Assembly (NCBI GenBank): GCA_965208835.1
Contig: OZ242358.1
Span: 3,104,001-3,168,000 of the forward strand
Length of the DNA stretch: 64,000 bases
Direction of reading: 5' to 3'
From: Candidatus Latescibacterota bacterium
GTDB taxonomy: Bacteria > Latescibacterota > UBA2968 > GCA-2709665
In this document: one piece after another, positions 55,365-64,000 of the stretch
Layout of the letters: every line of letters begins with the position of its first letter
How positions within the stretch are numbered: position 1 is the stretch's first letter
Program-made: the position numbers and the translations under genes
The notes under the pieces: generated by a model
Database searches by the model: none
The model's input: only the letters and a program-made list of their open reading frames with translations
What the model was told of the DNA's origin: nothing

Positions 55365-55411
55365 TTAAGCGCTGATTCTGCCGGCCGCACACCGCGGACC
55401 ACGGACCACCC

Positions 55412-56500
55412 ATGAACTCCAACCCGCGAATCCTCTTTATTGCCCGGCGTTATCCACCCTCTGTCGGCGGCATTCAGACCTACGCGAAAGAACTCTATAC
55501 CAGGCTTTGCCAACACTGTCCCGTGACCCTCGTCGCGCTGTGCAAAGACCCGCTTTTTCACCTGGCCTGGTTCATGCCCTACGCCTTCTGCGCCGCCGTC
55601 TATCACATTCTCCGTCGCCGTCCCGATGCGGTATTCTTCATGGACGGCGTTACGGCTGCCCTGGCCCCGTTTCTGCGACCATTCACGCCGGCCCGGTTCA
55701 CCGTCACCATCCACGGCGCCGAGCTGACGTTCCGGCGCGCATTCTTCAGCCACCTGATGCGGGCCGGCGCCCGCGCCTGCGACCGGACCGTGATGGTCAG
55801 CCGCGCCACGTCGGCGCTCGCGGTCCGCAACGGTTTGCCCGCCGGAAAAGCGCGCGTCATTTACCAGGGGATCCACGCGGTCATCCCCCCCGACGATGAG
55901 CATCGACGCCTGAGGGACCGATTCGAGCAGGCGCACGGCATCGACCTCGGCGCAAACCCCGTTCTGCTGAACTACGGGCGGCAGGTTCCACGGAAGGGCG
56001 TGGCCGAGTTCATCAAGGCCGGTGTCCCGCTGATGAGAGATGATATTCGTCTGCTCATCAGCGGCGGCGGACCCGTGCGGGACGGCATCCGGAACGCCGT
56101 CGAATCCCTGAACCTGGGAGACCGCGTCTTCACACCTGGCTGGCTCGACGACTCCACACTGGCCATGCTCCGCCGGGAGGCGCAACTCTTCCTGATGCCC
56201 AACATCCACCTCCGCCACGACGCGGAAGGATTCGGCATTGCCCCGCTCGAGTGTCTGTACGCCGGCCTGCCCGTGGTCTATTTCGACGTGGATGCCCTTG
56301 GCGAGAGCCTGCGCGACGGCGGCTTCGGCGTCCCGCCCGGTGACTATCCCGCCTTTGTCGAACGGATCCACCGGTACCTGGACCTGCCCGATGAAGACAA
56401 GAAACGCGAGAAGACCCGCGTCCAGGAGTTTGTGCGGGCCGAGTACTCCTGGGAGAAAACCACCGCTCAGTACATGGATGTGTTTTCGGGAAGGGATTGA
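55412..56500 (+). CDS. Glycosyltransferase family 4
   Basis: YPPSVGGIQ, GRQVPRKG, EGFGIAPLE, YSWE. Confidence 0.92.
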   Translation: MNSNPRILFIARRYPPSVGGIQTYAKELYTRLCQHCPVTLVALCKDPLFHLAWFMPYAFCAAVYHILRRRPDAVFFMDGVTAALAPFLRPFTPARFTVTIHGAELTFRRAFFSHLMRAGARACDRTVMVSRATSALAVRNGLPAGKARVIYQGIHAVIPPDDEHRRLRDRFEQAHGIDLGANPVLLNYGRQVPRKGVAEFIKAGVPLMRDDIRLLISGGGPVRDGIRNAVESLNLGDRVFTPGWLDDSTLAMLRREAQLFLMPNIHLRHDAEGFGIAPLECLYAGLPVVYFDVDALGESLRDGGFGVPPGDYPAFVERIHRYLDLPDEDKKREKTRVQEFVRAEYSWEKTTAQYMDVFSGRD

Positions 56501-56544
56501 TCTCTAGATAGAATCGGGAACGACGTTTACGGCCCAAGAAACCA

Positions 56545-56644
56545 GGGCACCCACAAGGGGCGCCCCTACACGGTACGGGGTATACAATTTTCAACCAGAT
56601 CGGATGAACGAATGAAATTGTAGGGGCGCCCCTTGTGGGTGCCC
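56545..56644. repeat. REPIN-like inverted REP doublet
   Basis: GGGCACCCACAAGGGGCGCCCCTACA ... TGTAGGGGCGCCCCTTGTGGGTGCCC, a perfect 26-bp inverted repeat with a 48-nt spacer. Confidence 0.85.
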
Positions 56645-56685
56645 GGCATTTCGGCTGTCCTGTTTATCCATGTAAGGCTGACTCT

Positions 56686-57393
56686 ATGAACAAAAGCCTG
56701 CTGACAAATCTCATATCGCTCGCGGTTGTCGGTGCGGGCGCGGTCAGCCCGGTATATCGGGACCAGATCCTGGCCGTCGGATTGTTCGCGACATCGGGCG
56801 CCTTCACGAACTGGCTGGCCGTACACATGCTCTTCGAAAGAATACCCGGCCTTTACGGGTCCGGGGTCGTCCCCGCGCGCTTCGAGGAGTTCAAGGCCGG
56901 CATTCGCAAGCTCATCATGGAGCAGTTCTTCACCCGGGAGAAGGTGGAGGAATTCCTCTCCGCGGACTCCCCGGACGCACCCCTCGATCCCGAACCCGTA
57001 CTCTCCGCCGTTGACTACGACCGCATCTACGCGGGTTTCGTCGACGTCGTACTCGCCTCGCCATTCGGCGGCATGCTCGGAATCGTGGGCGGCGCCAGAG
57101 CGCTCGAACCGCTTCGGGACCCCTTCAAGACCAAGATGAAGGAGGAACTCCGCGATATGCTGCTCTCGCGCTCGTTCAACGACGCCATGGCAGCCGGGCT
57201 GCAAAGCGCTCACGCAGGGGAAGCCCTGGTGGCCCGGGCGGAGACCATAGTCACGCGCCGGCTGGAGGAACTCAAGCCTCAGATGGTCAAACAGATCGTA
57301 CAGGAGATGATCCGCGAACACCTCGGCTGGCTCGTGGTATGGGGCGGCGTATTCGGCGGTTTCCTCGGACTCATCGCCAGTTTCGTCCGGTAA
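56686..57393 (+). CDS. DUF445 family membrane protein
   Basis: TNWLAVHMLFE, GSGVVP, HLGWLVVWGGVFGG. Confidence 0.88.
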   Translation: MNKSLLTNLISLAVVGAGAVSPVYRDQILAVGLFATSGAFTNWLAVHMLFERIPGLYGSGVVPARFEEFKAGIRKLIMEQFFTREKVEEFLSADSPDAPLDPEPVLSAVDYDRIYAGFVDVVLASPFGGMLGIVGGARALEPLRDPFKTKMKEELRDMLLSRSFNDAMAAGLQSAHAGEALVARAETIVTRRLEELKPQMVKQIVQEMIREHLGWLVVWGGVFGGFLGLIASFVR

Positions 57394-57397
57394 TCCG

Positions 57398-59197
57398 ATG
57401 CTTGTGTACGACGGCAACTGCGGCTTCTGTGCGCGTTGGGTGGACCGTATTCGCGCCGCCTCCGGCAATACGGTCGAGTTTGCGCCCTCGCAGGAAGTCG
57501 GCCACCGCTTTCCGCAGATAACCCCGGAGCAATTCGAAAACGCGGTCCAGTGGATCGGTCCGGACGGCGAAGTCTACAGCGGCGCCAGGGCGGCGTTGTG
57601 CGTGCTCGCGTTCACCGGGCCGACAGGAAGGCTGCTTTGGTGGTCCTACCGCCGCATGCCCTGGTTCGCGGGCACCGCTGAAGCCGCATACCGGTTGGTG
57701 GCCCGCAACCGGAAAACGGTGTCGACGGTCAGCCGATGGCTCTGGGGACAGGACCTGCGCCGGCCCGATTACCGGACCTCCGCCGTCCTGTTCCTGCGCA
57801 CCCTGGCCGCGATCTATCTGATCGGCTTCCTGTCGTTCTGGGTTCAGGCGCACGGCCTCATCGGCGCACAGGGCATCCTGCCGATCGAGGAATCCCTTCG
57901 ACAAGCCGCGGAAGAGGGCCACCCGCTCCGGTTTCCCACCCTGTTCTGGTTCGATCGGAGCGACACGTTCATCCACGTCCTCTGCGGGGCCGGAACGCTG
58001 CTCGCTGTCGCCGCCGCGCTCGTTCCTGCCTGCGGCCTGTTCTTCCTGTTGATGTGGATCGGTTACCTCTCGATTGTGACGGCCGGCGGCCCCTTTCTGT
58101 CGTTCCAATGGGACGTCCTGCTCCTCGAAGCCGGTCTGCTCGCCGTGTTTCTCGCGCCATGGAAACTTCCCGCCGGGGGCGGCGCATTTACGCCCTCACG
58201 CCTCGTCGCGTGGCTCTATCGCTGGCTTCTGTTCCGCTTCATGTTCGCCTCAGGCGTTGTCAAGCTCACCAGCGGAGACGCGACCTGGCGTGACCTGAGC
58301 GCGCTTACCTACCACTACCAGACGCAGCCCCTTCCCAATCCGCTGGCGTGGTACGTCCATCATCTACCGGAAATCATCCACCTCGTCTCCGTGGTCATCA
58401 TGTTCGCCATCGAACTGGCGGCGCCCTTCTTCATCTTCGGACCCCGGCGCGTCCGGATCGCCGCCTGCGCGCTGCTCGTCGGCCTGCAATTCGGTATCGC
58501 GCTTACCGGCAACTATACGTTTTTCAATCTGCTTGCGGCGGCGCTCTGCCTGTGGCTTATCGACGACGCGTCGTGGCCGAAACGGCTCAGAGTTCCGTCT
58601 TCCGGTCGCAAGAATGGATACTCACCCGCCCTGCAAAGGCTGGCGGCCGCGCCCCTTGCCGCTGTCGTCGTGATCCTGAGTCTCGTGTATCTCTGCAGCT
58701 TCAGCCTGCGCCTGAGAGTGTCCTGGCCCCATCCCGTGGTCGCTCTCAGCCATGCAGTGGCCCCTTACAATGTCGTGAACACCTACGGGCTCTTCCAGGT
58801 GATGACCACGCGGCGCCCGGAAATCGTCCTCGAAGGCAGCAGGGACGGCAAAACCTGGCACGCCTATGAGTTTCGATATAAGCCGGGCGATCCGGAAAGA
58901 CGGCCCCCGGTTGTGGCGCCGCACCAGCCCCGTCTGGACTGGCAGATGTGGTTCGCCGCCCTTGGCCCCTACCGTCAGAGTCCATGGTTCGTCGACCTCT
59001 GTCGACGGCTCCTCGAAGGATCGCCGCCGGTTACCGGCCTGCTTGCGCGGAACCCCTTTCCCGAGAGCCCTCCGCGATACCTGCGGGCGCATCTGTACGA
59101 CTATCGCTTCACGACCCGGGACGAAAAACGCCGGACCGGCGACTGGTGGAAACGTACCTTTCAGAAAACCTACCTGGGAAAGATTCAGCTGGAGTAG
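57398..59197 (+). CDS. DCC1-like thiol-disulfide oxidoreductase domain fused to lipase maturation factor (LMF1)
   Basis: YDGNCGFC N-domain; FQWD.LLLEAG, SGVVKL, HYQTQPLP, TGNY.FFN, PHQPRLDWQMWFAA. Confidence 0.88.
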   Translation: MLVYDGNCGFCARWVDRIRAASGNTVEFAPSQEVGHRFPQITPEQFENAVQWIGPDGEVYSGARAALCVLAFTGPTGRLLWWSYRRMPWFAGTAEAAYRLVARNRKTVSTVSRWLWGQDLRRPDYRTSAVLFLRTLAAIYLIGFLSFWVQAHGLIGAQGILPIEESLRQAAEEGHPLRFPTLFWFDRSDTFIHVLCGAGTLLAVAAALVPACGLFFLLMWIGYLSIVTAGGPFLSFQWDVLLLEAGLLAVFLAPWKLPAGGGAFTPSRLVAWLYRWLLFRFMFASGVVKLTSGDATWRDLSALTYHYQTQPLPNPLAWYVHHLPEIIHLVSVVIMFAIELAAPFFIFGPRRVRIAACALLVGLQFGIALTGNYTFFNLLAAALCLWLIDDASWPKRLRVPSSGRKNGYSPALQRLAAAPLAAVVVILSLVYLCSFSLRLRVSWPHPVVALSHAVAPYNVVNTYGLFQVMTTRRPEIVLEGSRDGKTWHAYEFRYKPGDPERRPPVVAPHQPRLDWQMWFAALGPYRQSPWFVDLCRRLLEGSPPVTGLLARNPFPESPPRYLRAHLYDYRFTTRDEKRRTGDWWKRTFQKTYLGKIQLE

Positions 59198-59308
59198 CCA
59201 GACGGCATCACAGAAGGGATCATCGGGCGCGGCGCCCGAATGCAATTGGCTCACGAAGGCGCCGGAAATCCGCCGGTTCCCGCGCCCGTGCGTGCCTGAC
59301 ATCCGGTC

Positions 59309-60265
59309 TCATGCTTGTAATGCGTCCCTGACGACGGCCGCAATCTCGGGATAGCGACGCGGTGTTTCGAGGTTGCACAATACGACGTGGTCTTTGACGT
59401 ATCTGCGAGCGATGTCGAACTCCGCCCGCACACGGTCGGGAGAACGAACGAGATACGGATCCGCATAGAGCCCGATGAACGGCACGAACGTGTTCCGCTT
59501 CGGGTCCTCGAGCCGCTTCATCTCGGCGGTCTCGAATTCCACGCGCTCAAGGCTCCATTGCGGAGGATAGAACCAGGAAATCGTCTGCGTACAAAAATCC
59601 AGCCGGAGCCCGTTTCCGTAGTATTCGTTGGGATAGAACGGCGGCCAGACGTGGTTGGTGACAACCGCATCCGGTTTGATCCCCTTCGCGTGTTCGTACA
59701 GGATCTCGGATACCGTGACCAGACTCGCTTCGGACATCCGCGCAAGCAGTTCAGGCTCGAACGCATCGGGCGGTTCGGCTGCCATCGTCTTCCGAATGTC
59801 CATGCATCGAGTGCAGAAACACCCATAGTGGTTCCTGAAGCCGAACCCGTCGAACGATACGCCGTCGGCCACCTCCAGCGCCCTGCTTACCCGCTCTTTC
59901 AGAAACGACCTCGAGGCCTCGTGCTCGAAGCACAGCGTGGCGCCGTCCTGCACGATGGAAAACCAACGGTGCGACAGCAGTTGGAAGTTGGAAGGCGTAT
60001 TTTCGTGTCCTGCGCGGGCGATCTCCTCCTCGGCGGGCAGCAGCCGCTGCAGACATTCCGGATGTGCCGCGGCGAAGGCGTCTGACGGCCGTGCGTACAC
60101 GATTGCGACGATACTGACGCCCAGCTCCGCGCCCCGCCGCGCCATCGCCTCGGACGGGTCCCGCACGATCAGGGTGTCGAAACCCAGATCACGCGCGAAT
60201 TCCACGATTTCCCGCTGCTGCGTTTCCGTCTCCACCGGCAGATGCCAGTCCCACGCCGCCTTCAC
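59309..60265 (-). CDS. Hypothetical TIM-barrel (glycoside hydrolase-like) protein
   Basis: ARDLGFD, DGVSFDGFG...CFC..C motif; family uncertain. Confidence 0.6.
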   Translation of the reverse strand: MKAAWDWHLPVETETQQREIVEFARDLGFDTLIVRDPSEAMARRGAELGVSIVAIVYARPSDAFAAAHPECLQRLLPAEEEIARAGHENTPSNFQLLSHRWFSIVQDGATLCFEHEASRSFLKERVSRALEVADGVSFDGFGFRNHYGCFCTRCMDIRKTMAAEPPDAFEPELLARMSEASLVTVSEILYEHAKGIKPDAVVTNHVWPPFYPNEYYGNGLRLDFCTQTISWFYPPQWSLERVEFETAEMKRLEDPKRNTFVPFIGLYADPYLVRSPDRVRAEFDIARRYVKDHVVLCNLETPRRYPEIAAVVRDALQA

Positions 60266-60375
60266 ACTTTCACCTCGTAAAATCCCGCGCCGTTGTACCT
60301 TCCAGGAAGTACCTTATCGTTAATGTGCCGATTCATGCCGTCTCGCTGAGTTCCCTTCGCCTGAGAAAACGTGGT

Positions 60376-60517
60376 CATTGAGCATGCTTGCATTGAGCTT
60401 GTCGAAATGTCGAAATACCCACGTTTCGTTACTCGTCCGGTGTCCTTACCGCCCTTCGCCGACCCTTCGACAACCCTTCGGCAGGCTCAGGACAACGGCT
60501 CAGGGAGCGGCTCAGGG
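60376..60517. repeat. Self-nested CCCTTCGAC..GCTCAGGG-type palindromic repeat cluster
   Basis: Three CCCTTCG followed by three GCTCAGG; two CATTGAGC followed by two GTCGAAAT. Confidence 0.75.
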
Positions 60518-60518
60518 C

Positions 60519-61706
60519 TCAAGCACGGGTTTCTGAGCCCTGAGCCGCTTTCCTGATCGCTTCCGCCATCTTTCGAACGCGGGCCTGCGTATTGTCCGGA
60601 TGCATCGGGATCAGCACGGCGCGGCTCATTATATCGAGGGAGTCGCTGCACATATCCATGGTGTAGGTCACGTTCAGCTTCCGGTTCGACGGGAAATTGT
60701 AGGGATTCATGTCAGGATGATGCGCCCCCTGTTTTCTCATGATCGGATCCCAACGGGTATAGACGTGCCGCCCCGTATCGATGGGCAGGAACCCCCCCGC
60801 GCCATTGCCGCTCAGACCGTCTGCGAAGGCCCTCGCCGACGCCTCGTTCGGAAAGATGAAGCCCAGGTTGCTGGCGCACTCATACGACAGGCTGTTGTTG
60901 ACGATGGAGGTCAAACCCGCGGCCCTGCCGGCCTCGAGCAACTGCCGTTTGTGGGCGCCCATTTTCTCGAGCATCCCGTCGAGTCGCCGCAGCTGGGCGT
61001 TGAGAATGGCGCCCGAGACTTCCGGGGCCCTGAAATTCTGTCCCGCGAACTGCTCGTCCTCGTTCTTCTGCTCCGGGTTCCAGTAGAACGAACAGCAATC
61101 CGACGCCACGGAGGCGCGTCCGAAAACCGCCTTGTTGCTGGTGACGAATGCACCGCCCTCGCCACTGGAGATATTCTTGTAGAAGTTGAAACTGAAGGCG
61201 CCCGCGTGTCCGATCGAACCCAGCATCCTTCCCTCGTACGCGCCGCCCACCGCCTGGCAAGCGTCCTCGAGCACGAGCAGTTTGTGCCTGCGCGCGACGC
61301 GCATCAGCGCCTTCATGTTGCACGGCAGACCCCACATATGCACGGGAATGATCGCCTTGGTGTGGGGCGAAAGCCTGCGCTCCACGTCTTCCGCGCAGAG
61401 CGTAATCGACTCGTCCACGTCGGCCACGACGGGTATGGCGCCTGCCGCCAGTACCGCCAGCGCGGTGGCCATATAGGTACAGGCGGGGACGATGACTTCG
61501 TCGCCGGGACCCACCTTCAATCCGACCAACGCGCAGTATAACGCGGACGTCCCGCTGGTGGTCATCCTGGCGTACTTCACGCCCAGATGCTTCGCCCAGC
61601 CGGCCTCGAACCGTTCGCATTCGCCCGTGCGTCCGTACCGAAAGAGCCCGCCGTCTCTGAACAACCGCTCAACACGCCTCAGTTCCAGGTCGCCGATGCG
61701 ATACAT
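60519..61706 (-). CDS. DegT/DnrJ/EryC1/StrS family PLP aminotransferase
   Basis: SGTSAL, GDEVIVP, EDACQA, SFNFYKNISSGEGG. Confidence 0.93.
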   Translation of the reverse strand: MYRIGDLELRRVERLFRDGGLFRYGRTGECERFEAGWAKHLGVKYARMTTSGTSALYCALVGLKVGPGDEVIVPACTYMATALAVLAAGAIPVVADVDESITLCAEDVERRLSPHTKAIIPVHMWGLPCNMKALMRVARRHKLLVLEDACQAVGGAYEGRMLGSIGHAGAFSFNFYKNISSGEGGAFVTSNKAVFGRASVASDCCSFYWNPEQKNEDEQFAGQNFRAPEVSGAILNAQLRRLDGMLEKMGAHKRQLLEAGRAAGLTSIVNNSLSYECASNLGFIFPNEASARAFADGLSGNGAGGFLPIDTGRHVYTRWDPIMRKQGAHHPDMNPYNFPSNRKLNVTYTMDMCSDSLDIMSRAVLIPMHPDNTQARVRKMAEAIRKAAQGSETRA

Positions 61707-61724
61707 GGCACCTCCCTTTTCCGG

Positions 61725-62387
61725 TTACACGCCGGACTCCTTCATCTGATCGACACGCGATCCCGCCGCTTGAAGTTGCCTGAAGATGTATGCGCGAGAT
61801 ATCAGCGTCACCGGCACAGACACGAACAGGCCCACCAGAAGACAGAGTGCGCCGCCGATATTGATCAGTGCCGTCAACAAAAAGAAAAGAAACAGACGCC
61901 ATCTGTCGCCTCTTGTTATCGCGGCGCTCCGGCGAAGCGCCGACACGGCGCCCGCGCCTTCGTCTACAATCGGATAGGCGTAAAACTGAAACAACACCAG
62001 CAGAAAAATCCCCGGGACGACGAGCAGAGCCAGGCCGACAACCACCATCAGTGTCGCAATCAGCGTCGCGATAAAGTAGGCCGGCGCCAGTGGATAGTGG
62101 ATGAAGAGGTCCGCGACGCGCGCCCTTCGTCCATCGGCGAAACGCAGGGAAATAACTGCCAACCCCACGTCCATGATCATACTGCCAACCAATGCGACGA
62201 TGCCTGCGAGGAATGCCCAGCCCTCCGAGTGTGCATTCAGCTTGTAGACTGCACCATTCAGACCCAGAGCGACGATCAGGTACAGAATCCCGATGCCGAG
62301 GAAACACCCCAGATTGTCCCGTGTTGTCCGCCAGCCGAACCGCAGCGCCTCGGCGATGGAGAACCTGTGTGGGTTCATCATGGGCAA
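61725..62387 (-). CDS. Integral membrane protein (DUF975-like)
   Basis: GLALLVVPGI, ALRRSAAITRG, LLVGLFVSVP. Confidence 0.75.
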   Translation of the reverse strand: MPMMNPHRFSIAEALRFGWRTTRDNLGCFLGIGILYLIVALGLNGAVYKLNAHSEGWAFLAGIVALVGSMIMDVGLAVISLRFADGRRARVADLFIHYPLAPAYFIATLIATLMVVVGLALLVVPGIFLLVLFQFYAYPIVDEGAGAVSALRRSAAITRGDRWRLFLFFLLTALINIGGALCLLVGLFVSVPVTLISRAYIFRQLQAAGSRVDQMKESGV

Positions 62388-62459
62388 ACGTCTCGCAGAA
62401 AGGATCTTCGTGAGTTGACTCCAGCACGACAGCGATTGCCGTTGCCGTTGCTGTTTACA

Positions 62460-63665
62460 TTATCCGGGCGCGTCCACTCGCTGACCGGGTTGATTATACA
62501 ATGTGCGGCCGTTCGGCGAACCCGGTCGGATTATACGTGAATCCGTCAGGAAGCGCGCCTTGGTCCTGCATTCCTCGTACTCGGTTCCGGAGTTGGAATC
62601 GTGGGTCACGCCGCTGCCCACGCCGAACTCCGCAAGCGCCTTCTCCCGGTCGACCGTAACCGTACGGATGGCGACATTGAACTGCGCCTCGGGGCCGGGC
62701 GATATGTATCCGATGCTGCCGGTATATACACCGCGCGGGGAATCCTCCAGCTCCGAGATGATCTCCATGGTCCGCACCTTCGGCGCGCCGGTAACCGAGC
62801 CGCATGGAAATGCCGCTCTGAGTATGTCGGATACCCCGACTCCGCTGCGGAGGCGGGACCGGACGGTGGAGGTCATCTGAAGCACGGTCTCATACCGCTC
62901 CACGTCCCACAATACCGGCGTGCGCACACTGCCGGTCTCCGACACCCGCCCCAGGTCATTCCGGAGCATGTCCACGATCATGACGTTCTCCGCACGGTCT
63001 TTCGGCGAGTTCCTCAAAGCGCGGGCTTGCAGCCGGTCTTCCTCGGGCCATCGCCCTCTACGCCTCGTCCCTTTCATCGGCCGGGCGTTCAATTCACCCG
63101 ATTTCAATCGGAAAAACAGTTCGGGAGAAACGGACAGAACCTGAAAGCGTCCTGTATCCACGAAGGCTGAATACGCCGTCCGCTGCGACCGGCGAAGGTC
63201 GCTGTAGAGGGCCCCGGCGTCGCCCTCGAAGTTCGCCCGCAGCCGATAGGAGTAATTGACCTGATACGTATCGCCGGCGGCGATGTATTCGCGAATCCCG
63301 GCCACCGCATCTGCGTACTCGGTGCTTGCGACGGACGGTCGCCACGCCGAAAGCGAGTAAGTCCGACCTGCGCTGAAACGGCCCGCAGCCGGCTCAGTCC
63401 GGCGTTCGAACAATCCGAACCAGACGAGCGGCACGGCGCCGGGCGAACGGGTCTTCAACGCGGGATCCAGTCCGGCCGCCGCTTCGTACGCAATGAATCC
63501 CGCGGCGTGCAGGCCGCGGGATACGGCGCGTTCCACTTCCTCGAGCGCGGCGTTCACATCGCCGGGACAAGCGGCAGCGACCTGACCGACGCATCCGGAA
63601 AAAGAAAACGAGACCCCGTCCTGATCGGACCGGCGGGACTCCAGCAGTACCTCGGGCGCATCCAT
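62460..63665 (-). CDS. pabB: Aminodeoxychorismate synthase component I
   Basis: GDTYQVN, SPELFF, PMKGT, AENVMIVDMLRNDLG, FPCGSVTGAPK, NVAIRT. Confidence 0.92.
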   Translation of the reverse strand: MDAPEVLLESRRSDQDGVSFSFSGCVGQVAAACPGDVNAALEEVERAVSRGLHAAGFIAYEAAAGLDPALKTRSPGAVPLVWFGLFERRTEPAAGRFSAGRTYSLSAWRPSVASTEYADAVAGIREYIAAGDTYQVNYSYRLRANFEGDAGALYSDLRRSQRTAYSAFVDTGRFQVLSVSPELFFRLKSGELNARPMKGTRRRGRWPEEDRLQARALRNSPKDRAENVMIVDMLRNDLGRVSETGSVRTPVLWDVERYETVLQMTSTVRSRLRSGVGVSDILRAAFPCGSVTGAPKVRTMEIISELEDSPRGVYTGSIGYISPGPEAQFNVAIRTVTVDREKALAEFGVGSGVTHDSNSGTEYEECRTKARFLTDSRIIRPGSPNGRTLYNQPGQRVDAPG

Positions 63666-63733
63666 ACGACCCTTCCGGACGGAATCGGGTAATACAGCGT
63701 GGGAAAAAGCATCAGGCGGCGACCCGAAAACCG

Positions 63734-63775
63734 TCGCCGGTCGAATTCAGGCAACTTATTTTCGGTACAGAACAC
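63734..63775 (-). mobile_element. Single end of MITE family C
   Basis: Reverse complement GTGTTCTGTACCGAAAATAAGTTGCCTGAATTCGACCGGCGA matches 18768-18809; begins at the TAG stop of the upstream gene. Confidence 0.65.
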
Positions 63776-64000
63776 TAGCCGCTGCTTGCGGCGCGGTATT
63801 GCGCCCAGTTGCCGTAGACGTCCACCTCCACGCCCTCCAGTTTGGGCCGGATGCCCTTCACCATAAAGCCGGGCCGCCCCATGCCCTGCCCGCCTTCCTG
63901 CCTGTTGCGGGGATCTCTGAAACCGAGCCGTACCAGGCGACGCCAGTTTCCGCTATGATTCACCGCCGATCCGTGGATGGTCCAGAGGTAGAACAGGACG
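63775..64000 (-). CDS. 3' end of a probable PhyH-family dioxygenase (5' part outside the window)
   Basis: Open frame VLFYLWTIHGSAVNHSGNWRRLV..FRDP with the HGS..N.S...RR distal motif. Confidence 0.7.
   Translation of the reverse strand, partial: VLFYLWTIHGSAVNHSGNWRRLVRLGFRDPRNRQEGGQGMGRPGFMVKGIRPKLEGVEVDVYGNWAQYRAASSG

Overview
GC-rich bacterial chromosome segment. The gene content (PhyH dioxygenases, a DUF6785-like membrane protein, heparinase/FG-GAP proteins, many short repeats) is reminiscent of Latescibacterota-like or sponge-associated lineages; this is inference only. The first 10 kb is a minus-strand type I restriction-modification operon (hsdM-hsdS-hsdR, with hsdR running off the left edge) packed with passenger genes. 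HsdM is fused in frame to a complete PIN ribonuclease domain and is followed by two paralogous 'FDCV' antitoxin-like ORFs and a REP-associated tyrosine transposase (RAYT) with its GTAG REP palindromes. Between hsdS and hsdR lie an opposite-strand orphan with two RxxxxH (HEPN-like) motifs and a VapBC pair. The spacers between these passengers are a mosaic of 30-160 bp fragments of hsdM, hsdS, hsdR, the PIN domain and the RAYT; in the hsdM and PIN fragments most differences from the resident genes are synonymous, which suggests serial cassette acquisition from homologous loci. The rest of the window holds metabolic and housekeeping genes (aroQ, accD, pdxA, pabB, a groES paralogue, ferritin), a Cus-type heavy-metal efflux operon with a Cys/His-rich leader ORF, tRNA-Leu(TAA) and tRNA-Cys(GCA), three ~160-bp MITE families, a REPIN doublet and self-nested palindromic repeats. 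No rRNA gene or CRISPR array was seen.
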